This document shows positions 33,715 to 50,238 of a stretch of DNA of 64,000 bases, one piece after another. The stretch is from assembly GCF_009914755.1 (NCBI RefSeq), contig NC_060926.1, one strand, 5' to 3'. Made by a program: the position numbers and the translations under genes. The stretch is from the human T2T-CHM13v2.0 reference genome, Homo sapiens. Each line of letters starts with the position of its first letter. Positions within the stretch are counted from its first letter, which is position 1. The notes under the pieces were generated by a model. It saw only the letters and a program-made list of their open reading frames with translations, was not told where the DNA came from and searched no databases.

Positions 33715-35336
33715 TGATTTCAGCCCTCAGATCTCAGCAAAAACGTGACCTCCTCTAGGACATACCCGAAGTTTGGGTAAATACCCTCTCCTTGTCTTTC
33801 TTTACAGTACCACACACATTCCCTGTCATAACATTTATCACACTGCTTTGAAAGTACCTGTTTATTCCCCTGCTTTTCCTAATACATTGTAAGCTCCCTG
33901 AGGGTGGAGACCAGTTCTCCTTATACATCTTTATATCTCTAGTACCCAAAACAATTCCTGACATATAATAGGTACTGAATGAGTATGTTTCAAATGACCG
34001 GATTAGAATGCTGGCACTGTGAATGGGACAGAAAGAATGGTTTCAAAAGGTTAAGAAAGAGTATACTTTGAGAAATACTGTCTAGATGGCTTTTTGAGAA
34101 GAAAAGACAGAATTAGACAACTTGTGAGGCAACAGATGCTCCCTATGAGTGCCTACTGAGTTGATGACTGCATAAACATAGGAAGAAAGGCACCTGTTGA
34201 AGTCAGGACATCAGAGACTGATAATTATGGGGCCACTTGCACCAACAAGAAAGTAAAGAAAGAGCCAATTTAGGCAGAAGAGTTTGAGCTTTATGTGGCT
34301 CAGGGCAGCCAAGAAGATTGCCCAACGGATTCCTAGAAAAGCAAGACCAAAGCTCAGGAAGGAGGTTGAGGCTATGGACAGAGATGCTGCAGCCATGGCA
34401 GAGAGGGGACTTAATGCATTCTCCTGAAGAAGTTCCCATGATGCACCCCTTTGAAATACTTTCATGCAGAAAGAAGGATCTGAGAATGACTCATTGAGGC
34501 TAACAAGGTCAACGGAACACTGGTGACTCAGAGATGGAAACCATAGCCATCTAAAATTACTAGGAAATGGTCTTCCCCATCATTCCTCGTGGAAATCAAA
34601 TGACAGTTATTTTCCCCAAGGTTTGAAATATAATTTTCCATGTTTGAAAGATTCTATCCAAACCTCCCTGCAAGATAGGGATGAGGAGCCTGGGTGGGCC
34701 TTCAGTCAGAATAGAGAGAGGGAGCTATGGCCAATTTGAGAGGTAATATTCAGGAGTAACTCTCCTGGACAAATGGAACGTTGACAGTATGACTGGGGAG
34801 TCTCTCTAAACTGGTCAGGAGCAGGATCTAGGAGTGAAGAGATGGGAAAGATGCTGTGACCCTCAGCCACAGCAAGAAGCTCCAGAGCTCAGGGTAGGAA
34901 GCGGCCTGGAGACTTTCCATGAGCCACAGCAGCTGGCTGAAATTCCCTGGTCCATTCTACCCCACTGCCAGAGCTTCTGGCAGCCTGCCAAAGGCCTCCC
35001 TATGGGCTGCAGAGGAGCAGGCTTAGCTACTTCTTTAGCCTCACCTCACCTTTGGACTCTGCTCTAACCAGGCACATTCAATTTCTCAAGCCTTTCACAC
35101 CCTCTTGCATCTGGGCCCTGCGCTTCAGCCTCACAGGGAATTCCCTGTGCCATATGACAGAAAGAAAAAATTCAAGCCTGCTTTACAGATGACTCTGCAC
35201 CATCTGCTCACCGTGGATGGCTATATAGTCAGGGGTGACCCTAGGAGAGCGGGAAAGTGAAATTCCCCTGCAGGCAGGACTTTGAGCAGGGCACTTAGCC
35301 TGGAGGGAGAAATGCCCTAAGTTAATGTTCACGCAC

Positions 35337-35861
35337 TGTCACCGGGTATATGAACTCCATTTTCTTATTTTCTATATTCTTGATGCTCTGGCATCTGGGG
35401 CCTCAATGATTACAGAGGGACTGCCCTTCCAGGGCTAGCCTTGCCCCAGCACACCTTTCATATGCAAACTAACCAATCCAGAGTCTATACTCTAAATTAC
35501 TTCCTTTATGGAGCTCCCACAGGTTGGGCAATATTCCCCAACCATAACCACCCCAGAGCCAGGTCCCAGACAACTAGAGGCAGCGCCCACACCTTGGAGC
35601 CTGCTGAAATGATTCCACCTAGCCAATCTGAAATCTGTTTACCCTGTCTTGCCTTACCTTTCTCACAGAAACCACAATGAAGGCCACTGCCCACGTTTCC
35701 CACTCTCCGTCAGCCTCCTGACTGGCCTGGTGCTTCCCCATGTGGCCCTACAAAGCATGTGACTCTCCTACTTCTAGACTTCTTCCTTCATGACAGTCAT
35801 TTCCACATCTTTGTGACTTTCCATCCCTGAGTAAAACAAATCCCGGGCACATTTTCAAACA
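35337..35861 (+). mobile_element. MER73/MER74-type ERVL LTR inserted in the ERVL pol remnant
   Basis: TGTCACCGGG...ATTTTCAAACA, collinear with the copy at 15958-16829. Confidence 0.72.
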
Positions 35862-36771
35862 CCAGCTAAAGCTCTGTCTAGAGGATGAGGTTCTTGGAAG
35901 AAGTGAGGCTGAGAGACTCCTGTTGAGGTGGTCTGGGAATGAGGTGAATGGGCCCAGAGAATGAATACATTGTTGGCCCAACGCTTATGCTCACCAACAG
36001 GTCCCACAGCAGAGGAGGCTCCTAGTGACCAAGTGCATGAGATGGCCAGGTCTGTGGATGTCGGCCAGCCTCCTTCCTCAGGCTTGATAGTGCATGTTCA
36101 ATGGGCTCATGTACCAAACAGCCAAGTGGAAGTGACAGAGGTAGCATACAGGCTCAGCAATGTGGAATCCCTCTCACCAAGGCTGACCTGGCCACAACCA
36201 CTGCTCAGAGACCATGTTGCCAGCAGCAATGACCAAGCATCTCCAGGCTGATACCATATCACAAGGCACCAGCCAGCCTTCTGGAAGCAGGTTCATTCCA
36301 CCAGGCCCCTTCCCTCATGGAGTGGGCGGCATAGGGTCTTTTCTGGAATATTCATTTTTTCTGCATGTGGACTTGCTTTTCCTACTGCTCTGCTTCTGGC
36401 AGCCACACAGCAAGCTGTGGACTCAGGGATTACCCTTTTCCTTTTGATGCATCCCACACAATACTGCTTCTCATCAAGGACCCTCCTTTATAGCAAAAGA
36501 AATAAGGCAATAGGCTGATGCTTTGGGGAGTCATTGATCTTATGCACCCAATGCCCTGCGGTGGCTGGCCTTATACAGTGCTACCTGGCATTGGAGGGTT
36601 CCGAAAGCAACCAAGGTGGGAGTCAGCATTTTATGAGATTGGTGTGCAGTCCTGGAGGGTGCAGTTTCTCCTCTGAACCAGTGACCAACATATGGTGGTG
36701 CTTCTTAGCCAGAATCTAAAGGTGCAGGAACCAAGGAAATGAGGGTTCCTTAATCTATGATTAAGCCTGAT

Positions 36772-36945
36772 GCCAGCTCCTTGCAATCAAAGTGAGGTCC
36801 GTGGACCAGCACTGTTGGCATCATCTGGGAGCCTGTTAGAAATGCAGAATCTCAGACCCCATCCCAGACCTACTGGATCATAATCTGCTTTTAAGGAGAT
36901 CCCCTGTTCATTCATATGCATGTTAAAGTTTGAGAATCACTGCTC
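36772..36945. mobile_element. MER5A
   Basis: 'caaagtgaggtccgtggaccagc...ttagaaatgcagaatctcagacccc...aaagtttgagaatcactgc'. Confidence 0.85.
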
Positions 36946-37289
36946 TAACGCACTCACAACATTTTTGCTTCTCATCCTCAGACCTCTGATCTCTGCTTCT
37001 TAATGACTTTGGTACTTGAGGGATGGATGCTTCCAACAGGGGATACAAAATGGTTTCAATGAAGTGGAAGCAGAGACTTATATTGTCTCCTGGTGGCTTC
37101 ACGATACTCACGCCAGTAGGAAATAGATGATAAAGGGGCTTATGGGCTTTGAGGTGCTAACTGATCCTAATTATCAAGGGGAACCAGGACTGCTGCTACA
37201 CAATGAGGCAGAAAGAAGAGCAGATGGAAGTCAAACAGCCTTGGGGGGGCCTCCTAGTACTGTCTTGTTCAGGGGTAAAAGTCAATGGG

Positions 37290-37613
<324 letters not shown>

Positions 37614-39492
37614 CTACAGAGGCAAAACTGCCAAGACCTCAGATTCCTCAGGAATAAAGATTTGGGCCCCATCACAGGATGAGGAACAAATCCCACTAAA
37701 GCTCTAGCTGAAAGCAACGGGAGCATGAATTGGATGGCGGAAGAGGAAAGCCTCAGGAAAACCTGAGAAAGACTTCAGAATGGGTATCCTGTGGAATGCT
37801 AGGTGTCCAGCATGTCCTTCTGAATTATCTTGATTCTGCAGGTGTCCTGCTTTTCAATGTCTTTGAGCTATTTTACAACTTTATAAGTTAAAACTGATTG
37901 CAATGCATATAGTTTCACCCACAGAGGTGCAAATAAATTTTGTCCAGCAGAGATACAACTGATCTCCCCATCCCACCCTCCAAGTAATCAGTTTAATATT
38001 TATTAACAAATCCATTTCAACATTTCTGATTGCCTACATATGTCTGTTATTTGGGGTCTCCTTTGAACACCTTACTGGTTCCCTCATTAGTTCATAAGTT
38101 AAGCAAAATCTTCAACATGTGTTCATTTTATATTCATACAAGAGTCATGATTCCACCCTCTAAAAACTTTTTTCTTTTAACAAAAGACACAAATACAGCT
38201 ATGAACTCATGACCAGTTGCATGAATATGGACTGTATCTTCTATCCATATTTTCCTCCTTTCTAAGTATAGATTTTAATATTTTAAGTAATTATATTTTA
38301 ATTCTTTCTCTCCCCACTAAAATAGTATGTGAGCTGCATTGGTGACCGTTCACTTAACAATTCAGTGTTCGGAATGCTGAATATTAAGGTTGGGTCTTGT
38401 CAGAACCAGAGGAGGAGAAGACTTTGCCCAGGGATACTGGGCCTGGAGCTGGACTCAGCAACTTACGGAATCTGGATTTGACAAGTGAGTGAGTTGTATA
38501 GAATTCTTGTTGGAAGCTTGTTTTTAAGCCGAAATGTGGGTAAAGGAATGGATGTGGATGTAGTTTGGGGTAGCCTAAGAGGCAGCTGTATTGGTTATTT
38601 TTTTTCCATGACTACTCAGCATCCAAAGCCTTCTAAAATTGGGAGACATCTCCCAACATGAGCATCTTTGTGGGAGGAAAGTCCTGTTATTTGGGCCCCT
38701 ATCCAGGACTGTGCACTGTCAGGGGATGCCTCAAAAGCACAAGCAGCCAGTGCCCAAGATGTGACTTTGGCAGAGGCTTCCTAATCACACACTTTCCTAT
38801 GGTGTGAGCTGGGCCGTCAGCACCACCCAGCCTCCTTGGATCCTCCCCAGTTCCTGGGTATCTTTCTCCTGCTACCTAGTTAATTCTATAAATTCCCGTA
38901 AATTCCTTTCTGTTTAAGTTTTCATCCCAAAACCTTGAATCCAGGTACAGTAAGTTTGGTTGGAAAGACATAAGCAGCTATAAATGTCTTGAGCAATGTT
39001 TCTAAATTGGAGATCCTGTGAAAAATGCCCATTTTTATTTAGGAGAGCTCCCTCTGCTTCCTGACCAGCCCTGGTGGTTCCCCTGTGTGGCCCTACATGG
39101 CATGCCATGCCTCCTACTTCTAGGGGAATGTGTGTCAAAAACTCCTTCATGATAACCGTTTCTGTGCCTTCCACAGAAAGACAAGCCTGAGTCTTCAATT
39201 CAAGCAAGTTCCCAGGTGATGCAGATAATGCTGGCCACCAACCACACCTTGGGTGTTGAGATTACAGCGCTGAAGACGTGTAGAGAAGCGACTGGGAAGT
39301 AGGGAAGAGCAAGATTGAGAAGGGTGTTAAATGCTGTAATGAAGTTTGTGCTTGATCTTGCAGGTGATAAGCAGCCATTAAATGACCCAGGGGAGTGAAA
39401 TAAATAGACTTTCATTTTTAAATGGCACTGGATGTCATGTGGCAACAGAGTGGGAAAGCAGGGACAGGAGGCAGGAGAACCAGTTAGGAGGT

Positions 39493-39961
39493 GTGATAGG
39501 CACAACAATGGCTCCCCAAAGATGTCCATGTCCTAATCCCCATATGGCAAATGGGACTGTGTAGCATTATTAAATTAAGGACCTTCAGATGGGAAGAGTA
39601 TCCTGGATGACCCAGGTGGGCCCCATGTAATCACATGAATCCTTAAAGTGGAGAACCTTTCCCAGTGAGCCTGAGGGAGATATGGTTATGGAAGAACAGC
39701 CAGAGAGATGCAATGTTGCTGGCTCTGAAGGAGGAAGAGAAAGGGGCACAAGCCTAAGAATCCAGGAATGGCCTCTAGGAACTGGAAAAGGCAAGGACAC
39801 AGCCTCTCCCCTGGAGCCACTAAACGGAGCACAGCCCTGCTTGATTTTAACCAAGTGGGACTCATTGGACTTCTGACCTTCAGAATTATAAAATAGTACA
39901 CAGGTGTTTTAAGCCACTAAGTTCACGGTAATTTGTAATGGTGACAATAAAAAACTAATAT
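39493..39961 (+). mobile_element. MLT1 (D-like) MaLR LTR
   Basis: 'tgtgataggc...ccccaaagatgtccatgtcctaatccc...ttttaagccactaagt...aaactaata'. Confidence 0.8.
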
Positions 39962-41367
39962 AGGAGGCTACTGTAACCTTCTAGGGAAAATAGTGAGAAT
40001 CTCATTTCTGAGAGTGGCAGCAGAGAAGGACGACAGACCTGGTTTGGAAGATTATTCAGGCGACAGGGATGAAGGGACATGGTCACCAACTGGGTGGGGC
40101 GTGGGTGTGGGTGTGTTAAGGAAACTCGCAGGTTTCTCTCTTGAACAAAATGGGCGCATTAGTCGAAAGGACTGCAGGAAGGAAACACAGGAGTGTGAGT
40201 GCAGAGAAAGGCAGTTCCCTCCTGATACTACTCGGCTTGTTTCTTCAGATTCCTTTTTTACCAAGAAACCTAATCTAAACTCTTGCACGTTCCCTACTGG
40301 GAAAAGCATGTGCTCAGCAGCCAACACAAACAGCTGCTCTGCTCATCAATTATGGTTTTCACTCTAAATTAATGAATTGCCATTCTAGTCATAAACCAGG
40401 CTTCTGTGAGTTTAGTCAGAGCAAAACAATTTACCAGGGTTTGATCTCTCTCAGAAGAGCTGACAGAGTTGTTTTCGCCCCTGCAAAGTGAAGGATTAGA
40501 CCTTATACCACAGTGATCCTGGTAAGGCCTCCTTCTCTGGCACAGATAGCAGGCGGGAAAGGGTTGGGAGAGGGAGGGCTAGGAGAAGCTGCTTAATGCT
40601 TTGCCCTGTGCCAAGTCAATTGAGAATCAGGAGGTTCTGTGCTTGCAATTTAACAGCTATTTATAGCGTGCATTCTGAGATTCCCTCACATATACCACAG
40701 ACCCAGTCTCCAGAAGAAAAATCGCTCCCCTCTGGAACTCCCTGCTTACGAACAGCAAGGTGCAAGCCCAGGCAAGTTGTTCTGGGAAAGTGGGAGATTG
40801 CGGGGTGGGGTGGGGGGTGAGTTCTGGTTGCAGTTGATCTAGAGATGGTTGGTTTCATCATAAAGACTTCTTGGGAAATCTGAGAAAAAAAATACTGACT
40901 TTCTAAGCTCACCTTGAATTGTTTCTTTACCTTCGCCAAACCTGCCAAGAGACATCTGAGTAAAAGAGGCAAAGGCATGGCTATTACCCACCCCACTGTT
41001 CAGATGAGGACACTTAGGCTCTCGGAAGTTTAAGCTACTTAGACCAGCACTGCATCATTCAAATGTCAGAGCCAGGACTTGACCAACCTCGGTCTTCTGA
41101 TGCCAAAATCCACACCTTTTGCATTTTGAGTTTGTGTCCTGTGTGGGGAAGGACACCCTTCCCTCACCACCCACCCAGCAGGTCTTTCTCAGTCAGCGGT
41201 GGTCTAATGGTTCTCCTGCCTGAAGGTGCCCAACACATTCAGAACTGGTGACTAGGGCACCCAGATCATCCAACAGTAATTGAGATTATCCTCTGACCAG
41301 TAAGTCCTCCCAGATCCCCTTCCTATGTGCTCACCTTCTGCAATGTGCTACAGGAAACAGATATAGG

Positions 41368-41801
<434 letters not shown>

Positions 41802-42187
41802 CTAAAACCTGTGCTCCTGCCTGCGATGCTGGACTTTTTCTCCATCACGGTGCTTTAAGGTCTACAGAGTGTTTTCCAGACAAATAAATCAAGGCTGAGA
41901 GAGGTGAAGTCACCTGTGGCTTGTGGCACAGCTGAGAAACCTCCAATTCCAGATGCCACAGCCTCTTGCCGTACCTCCCTGCTTTTCTCACCTCAACGCT
42001 CTAGGTCTAGGCAGGGGAAGGTCTAGACAGAAAAGAGGACTCCTGAGATGTCTCATGAGAACTGTGATGAAGGAACTCCTTTTCCCTGCTTCCAGTGCCC
42101 ATAGCACGGAGGGCATCCCCTTCTCCCAACATTTCACACCTGACCTGACTCCAGCCAACCCGCTCGAAAATACACAGTGCTACTTAC

Positions 42188-42260
42188 ATATTCCTTAATG
42201 TCCTTTGATTTCACAGCCTTGTAGGAATAATACGCAGGGTAAAGGGTGCCAAATATAAGC
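42188..42260 (-). CDS. REEP1: REEP1 coding exon 2 (73 nt), encodes (V)[24 protein letters not shown]
   Basis: Minus strand reads ctcttccctccag|GCTTATATTTGGCACC...AAGGAATAT|gtaagt. Translation matches the N-terminal part of human REEP1 (TB2/DP1/HVA22 family). Phase 2 in, phase 0 out. Confidence 0.97.
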
Positions 42261-45200
42261 CTGGAGGGAAGAGAGACAAAAATAAATACGATTTTTCATT
42301 TATCTTATTTAATGGAAAATGTCTGTCTTCAATGCCAAGAGCAACTCTCTAAGCTACAGAAAGTGCTGCTGTGGGGCTTGATTTATTTTTATGAATGCCC
42401 TGAAGGTGTTCTGCTCGTGGCTGGGGCATCCTTGGGCACCTCTATCTTCTGTTAAAGCCCACACCCACCTCCCTTCAACCTGTGGTCTGGCAACATGGAA
42501 GGGTGGTTGGGGGTCATGGAAGCCAAAAATGGGGATGTGAAGGCACCAAGACCCCTGAAATTAAAGGCTGCCTTTCCTCTCCTGCTGCTAACCCCCCTCT
42601 GAAGCTCTGTTAAGCCTGCAAACACCTCAGGCTTCTTTCTCCATCAAAACCTTTCCCCTCAAATTTCACTCCCCTTGGACTTGATCTCAGCATCCTGCAG
42701 CTAGAATAAACTCTTCACATTTCATATTGTAAATCCAATCAGGCCAAGCCCTCCTCCCACCAATACATCCCATCTTGCATTAGCCTGTTTCTCATTGCTC
42801 TTAAGATGAAGAAGCAAAAATACCAGCAATGTGACACTGTTTGGGCAGCAGCTCTCACTGATCTATGCTCAGGGCTGCGTTGGGTCACTAAATGATCTTG
42901 TGCTCAGCCCTGCCTCTCAGGACCTGAACGGCAGAGTTCCACCTGCCCTCATTCTCTCCACCATGCACTATCCCCCACCCAGAAAGCCTTTGCCTGTGCT
43001 GTTCTCTCCTTCTGGAGTCTTCCTTCCCCCTTCTTTATCTGGTTAATGCCTGTTCATCCATCATATCCCAGCTCCAATATGACTTCTTCCCTGGCCTCCC
43101 TAACTAGCTCAAACCTCCCCACTACACTCATAGCACAGTGTACCTATTATCAGGGTGTTCTTTTATTGTTGTTTGTGTAATGTTTTGATTGACAGCCCTC
43201 TTTCCACAGCACTGTAAGTGCCTTGAGGGCAGATAATGGATCTGTTTTGCTCAACACTGTGTTCCCAGAACCTACCCCATAGTAGGCCCTCAACAGGTAT
43301 TTTTAAATAAATGAATCGAGCTGGAGGTTTAATCTTTTCACCTGACAGATGAGGTCACCCCAGGTGCCAACTTAAGGCCAAGCTGACTAGGTGCAGGAGT
43401 GGGCCTGGCCCAGGTACTATATGAGCTGACATCTCCTGTGACAACCCCACAGACGGAGCTTTCAGAGTCCCTGCAAAGAGCCAGCCTAGTTACAGAAGAC
43501 ACCACACTGAAGAAACCCAAAGCTGTAGTTCACTGGGTATTGAGAGAACTCCTAGTCCAGAAGCAATTTACCAAGCAGGGGTCAGCTTTACCATGAGCAC
43601 TGTTGCCAGGGAACACCCTGACATTCCACAATCATCAGGTTTCCAGGGAAAACAAAGTTAACTGAACCAAGTCCGTTTCTGGCACTGAAAGGGAGAGGGC
43701 TGTTAACTCCTGACTCACACATACCTTGTGCGAAGTGCTTTAGAGCTTTATCCCACTTAGACTGCCTTGTCCAAGGGAACCCCTTTTACAGACAGGACTC
43801 CAATGCACGGAGCAGCCAGTCACTTACTTGTCTAAGGCCTCATGACCAGTGAAGGGTAAGGCAGGTGCTGGAGCCCAGCCAGGCCAGCCTCCTCCAAGCC
43901 TGGCTTCTTGCGATCACTGTGCACTACCTTGGGGAGCAGCCCACCCTCCAGGAAGGCTGAAATGACCTGTGTGAAGAGCAGGATGAGCCACTGGGGGGAT
44001 GAGAGAGTAGTGGAAGGAAGGGGAAAAAGTAGGCCTGGGGGTGAGGGGGAAACATTTAAGAGAGGGTAGTGCCAAAGACAGCAGGCAGGCCAAGGGGGAG
44101 GTGGCTGGGGAAGCCTGCTGGGTTTGGTCATCGCCCCCTTGGTGAGGAAGGTCCCCACACTCCTCCACACTGCCTCCTTGCCTGCCCCCTCCTAAGCATT
44201 CTCAGGTATCCAGGAGCCTCACTTCCTCGGGGAGGCCTTTCCTGACCTGGTCACCCCCCCTGAAGATTGGGCTCCTCTCCGTTTTTAGCTCCTGTACCTG
44301 CCCCTTTCTTAGCTCTTGTCCACTGTATCCACTTGGTCAGCTCAGGGTGCGTCTCTCCCACAAGACTGTGTGTTCCACAAAGCCAGAGATGGTGTCCCTC
44401 ATTCATAACACACCCCTGTGCCCTGCACAGCAGGAAGGGCTCAGTAAGTACGTGTTCACTGTGTGAAGTATCAGAATGGGGAAGCCAAAGCCAGCACCAT
44501 CCAGGGAACGCTCGTGACCTTGGGACTGAGGTCTCGGTAGCGAGGTGGACGCCAGACAGCACCAGGCTGATTCAGCAAAGCCTCGGGCACAACGCCATGG
44601 ACTGGGGGGAAATAAATACACCACTCCTCAGGCACAGGTGCCATGGTTATTACCCATGTCTGCCAGGATGGTTTCCAGCCCCTGCCCTGGGACAGCATGT
44701 GAGCAGCAGAGGAGAGACAGGTGGGAAGTACAGCGCTACCCAGGAGCTGATTGATGGGATCCCCATGAACCCGTGGGTCGTGACACCCTCTGAATGGTCA
44801 CAGAGCAGGGAAGGCAAGACAGGAAGGCCTGTGCTAGGTCAGCTGGACTCTTCTGGAGTGAGCTGGTTGCCAGCATCCTCCGCCTGGCTCCTGTGTTATA
44901 GCACAAGGTCCCTACACACAAGTTTGCTTTTCAGTTTCTAAAAGCTCAGTAACACTTAGCATCTCACTGCCCTGGGGAAGGGGAAATGGGATGAACATGG
45001 TCAGTTCTTCTTAACCTATTTTGGAAATAAGGAATAATGAAGGAAGCAGGCTCAAGCCAAAAGGGCTTGGTACTTCTGCTCCTTCAGACCAAGTACCCCT
45101 ACACGGCCCTTCTCCACCGGCCTCACTGGCCTTGCTTCCCACCCCTCCCTCAGCCTTGGGTTCACAGAGCCAGCAGCTGTCCCCTGATTAAGCCACATTC

Positions 45201-46262
45201 ACTTGCAATCTGTGACTTTCTGGCTGCTCTTTCTTCTGTCTGAATGTTAGCACAGGATCTTTCCCAATCCCACAACTCTTTTGTTTTTCCTGATAAAGCG
45301 CCACTAATCCTTTAAGACCCATCTCAGAAATGCCACTTCTTCTGTGAAGCCTTTGGTTACTGCCCCCTCAGTTTTCTTGATACTATTTAAGCCTGTGACA
45401 GGCCTTATGTAGTAGCAGCAATAATAAAACATTTAAAATAATATTATTATATCATTGAGTGTTCACTAATGCCAGGCACTGTTCTACAAGCTGTACTCAC
45501 TCTTTCAATTAATCCTCTCAAATACATAGGGAAAAAGAATTCTTACTACCCCATTTTACAGACTGGGACACCGAGGCTTAGCATCATTACTTACCCAAGG
45601 AGACACATCAGCCAGGTGCAGAGCTGGGATCTGAACCCAGGCAGCCTGACAACAGAGCCTGCCTTCTCCCGGGGCTGCCTGTGCTGGCTGAGTCTGTCTC
45701 CCTAGTCAGATCATATAGTCCTGGGCAATCAGGAGGGTCCCTCGTGCCTGGCACAGCACCTCCCCCTTTAAGTGGGTGCTTGAAATGTCTGTTGAGTAAC
45801 AAGCAATTTCAATCTGTCTCCAAGGAACTCAGCCCACTTGCTAGACTCACGTAACTTTCTAGGAAGTCAGAAAAAATGTGGTAAAATAAGAGGGTCTAAA
45901 GCTCCTTTAATGCTCAAGCTGGGCTCAAGCAGAGGGAAGATGGAAGGCTGGAGTGCCATCCTCCAGAGAGACCAGGCTCTGCACTAACACACTTCTCTCG
46001 GTTATCTCTGAACGGAGCTTGCACCTCACAGCTCTGCGCCCACCCTCTCTTCCCCCCACTGTCATTAACTGTTACCCTGAAGCCCCGACTCTGTGTAAAG
46101 GCTCCATGGATCTGCCTGCAGCATTTCCCTTATCTTTGCCCTTCACTCCTCCTCTTGCTCCAAGTTAGGGGTCTTCATTCAGGTTGCCTCCCCACCCACC
46201 TCCTCCACAGCTGTGGCATCGAGAAGGGAGCATGAGCCTCGTGTGAATACTACACTCTGATG

Positions 46263-46470
46263 CAGTGGTTCCCCACTGGGGTGATCTCGTTTCCCAGGGT
46301 AATCTGGGCAATGTCTAGAGACACTCTGGTTGTCTGAGAGGGTGCTACTGGCAGCCAGTGAGTAGAGGCCAGGGATGCTGCGAAACATCCTATCATGCAC
46401 AGGACAGCCCCTCTCAACAAAGAATCATCCATTCCAAAATGTCAATTGTACCACTGCTGAGAAACCCTAG
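46263..46470. mobile_element. MER20 (hAT-Charlie)
   Basis: 'cagtggttccccactggggtgat...agtagaggccagggatgctgc...aaaatgtcaattgt...gagaaaccct'. Confidence 0.85.
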
Positions 46471-47117
46471 TTTCTAGACTAGTGTGCTGTTTCCTGGTCT
46501 TTGGGCCATGGACTCTTCACTAGACCATCAAGGGTCATTTTTTGAACCCCAAGGTTCATTTTTTTGAACCCCAAGAGCTCAAAAAATGTCCAGTGTCCCA
46601 AGAAAAACTGTAAATGCTCTGATAGTGGGGGATGGCCCCAAATGGTAAAGACCACATACGTAGCCTGCTGGCCAATGTCAGCGAAAACACAGCTCTGAAG
46701 TTGCTTATCAACTTCCTGGAGCTCTGGCCAGAAGAGAGAGATTGCTGACCTAGGGCATAACTACAAGCTGTGGCACTGCTGTTGCTGACGGTAGCCAAGT
46801 CCTCTGCAAACCATGAAACAAACTAGTATTTTCCACAGTCTTCTCAGGCATCCTAGAGTTGCACCAACATGTCCCAATCCCAAATTGTGCTAAAAATTTA
46901 AAAATCAATGCTGGCAATATATTTTTCTAAGATTAATTTTTTAAAATGTAAGAGGAATAACAAGTGTATTTATACAGCTCTTTATACCATTAAAAAACAA
47001 ATCACACTGAAGAAATTGTATGTCACACAAGGGCTTCTGGAATGCTGTGTTTCTTGACCTGAGCACTTGCTTTATAATGACAAATATATATAAAACTGTA
47101 CACATCTTATTTCATAA

Positions 47118-47407
47118 TTTTTTTTTGAGACAAAGTCTCACTCTGTCACCCAGGCTAGGGTGCAGTAGCATGATCTCTGCTCACTGCAACCTCTGCCTCC
47201 CAGGTTCAAGTGATTCTCCTGCTCGGCCTCCTGAGTAGCTGGGATTACAGGTGTGCATCACCACATCTGGCTAATTTTTGTATTTTTAGTAGAGCCAGGG
47301 TTTCTCCACATTGTCGAGGCTGGTCTTGAACACCTGGCCTCAAGTGATCCACCCGCCTCAGCTTCTCAAAGTGCTGGAATTAAAGACATGAGCCACTGCA
47401 CCCAGCC
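47118..47407 (-). mobile_element. Alu (S/J)
   Basis: Alu consensus. TSD ttatttcataattttt. Confidence 0.9.
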
Positions 47408-47779
47408 TTATTTCATAATTTTTAAAAATGATGTACAGTACCCAAGAAAATAAATTTGCACAGTCTTCCAATTCATGAAGGCACAGTGTTTCATCTGAGC
47501 ATTAAAATGTATTAAAATTTACACTATGTTTTGTGCTTTGTGTTCTTAATAAAAATATAATTTTGAATTATGTTTTCTGAAGATACTTTCTAAAAACATA
47601 TAAATCCATTTTTATCACTTTTTATGAGCATTAATCTCCAAGACTGTTTTCGCTGTCTAACAGAAGAATGCTCCTTGGTTCTTCAGCTCCTTTTGGCATT
47701 CCAATAAATATGCTATAATTCTTAATCTGGAGAAAACTGTAACACACAGCAGATATATTTGAAATCCCCTATATGTACT

Positions 47780-49880
<2,101 letters not shown>

Positions 49881-49977
49881 CCAGGCTGCTCTCAGAACCA
49901 CTAACCTTTCTGTGGTCAAAAGCATTTGGAGTCTCAAATGCATTATGGTGAGTGAAAGCAGCAAACTCAAAGGGTGA

Positions 49978-50238
<261 letters not shown>

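Noticed and set aside
44267-44941. 224-aa + strand ORF, the longest in the window
   Set aside because: Starts at TTG within an L2-like remnant, GC-rich, no homology recognised and no splice or promoter support.
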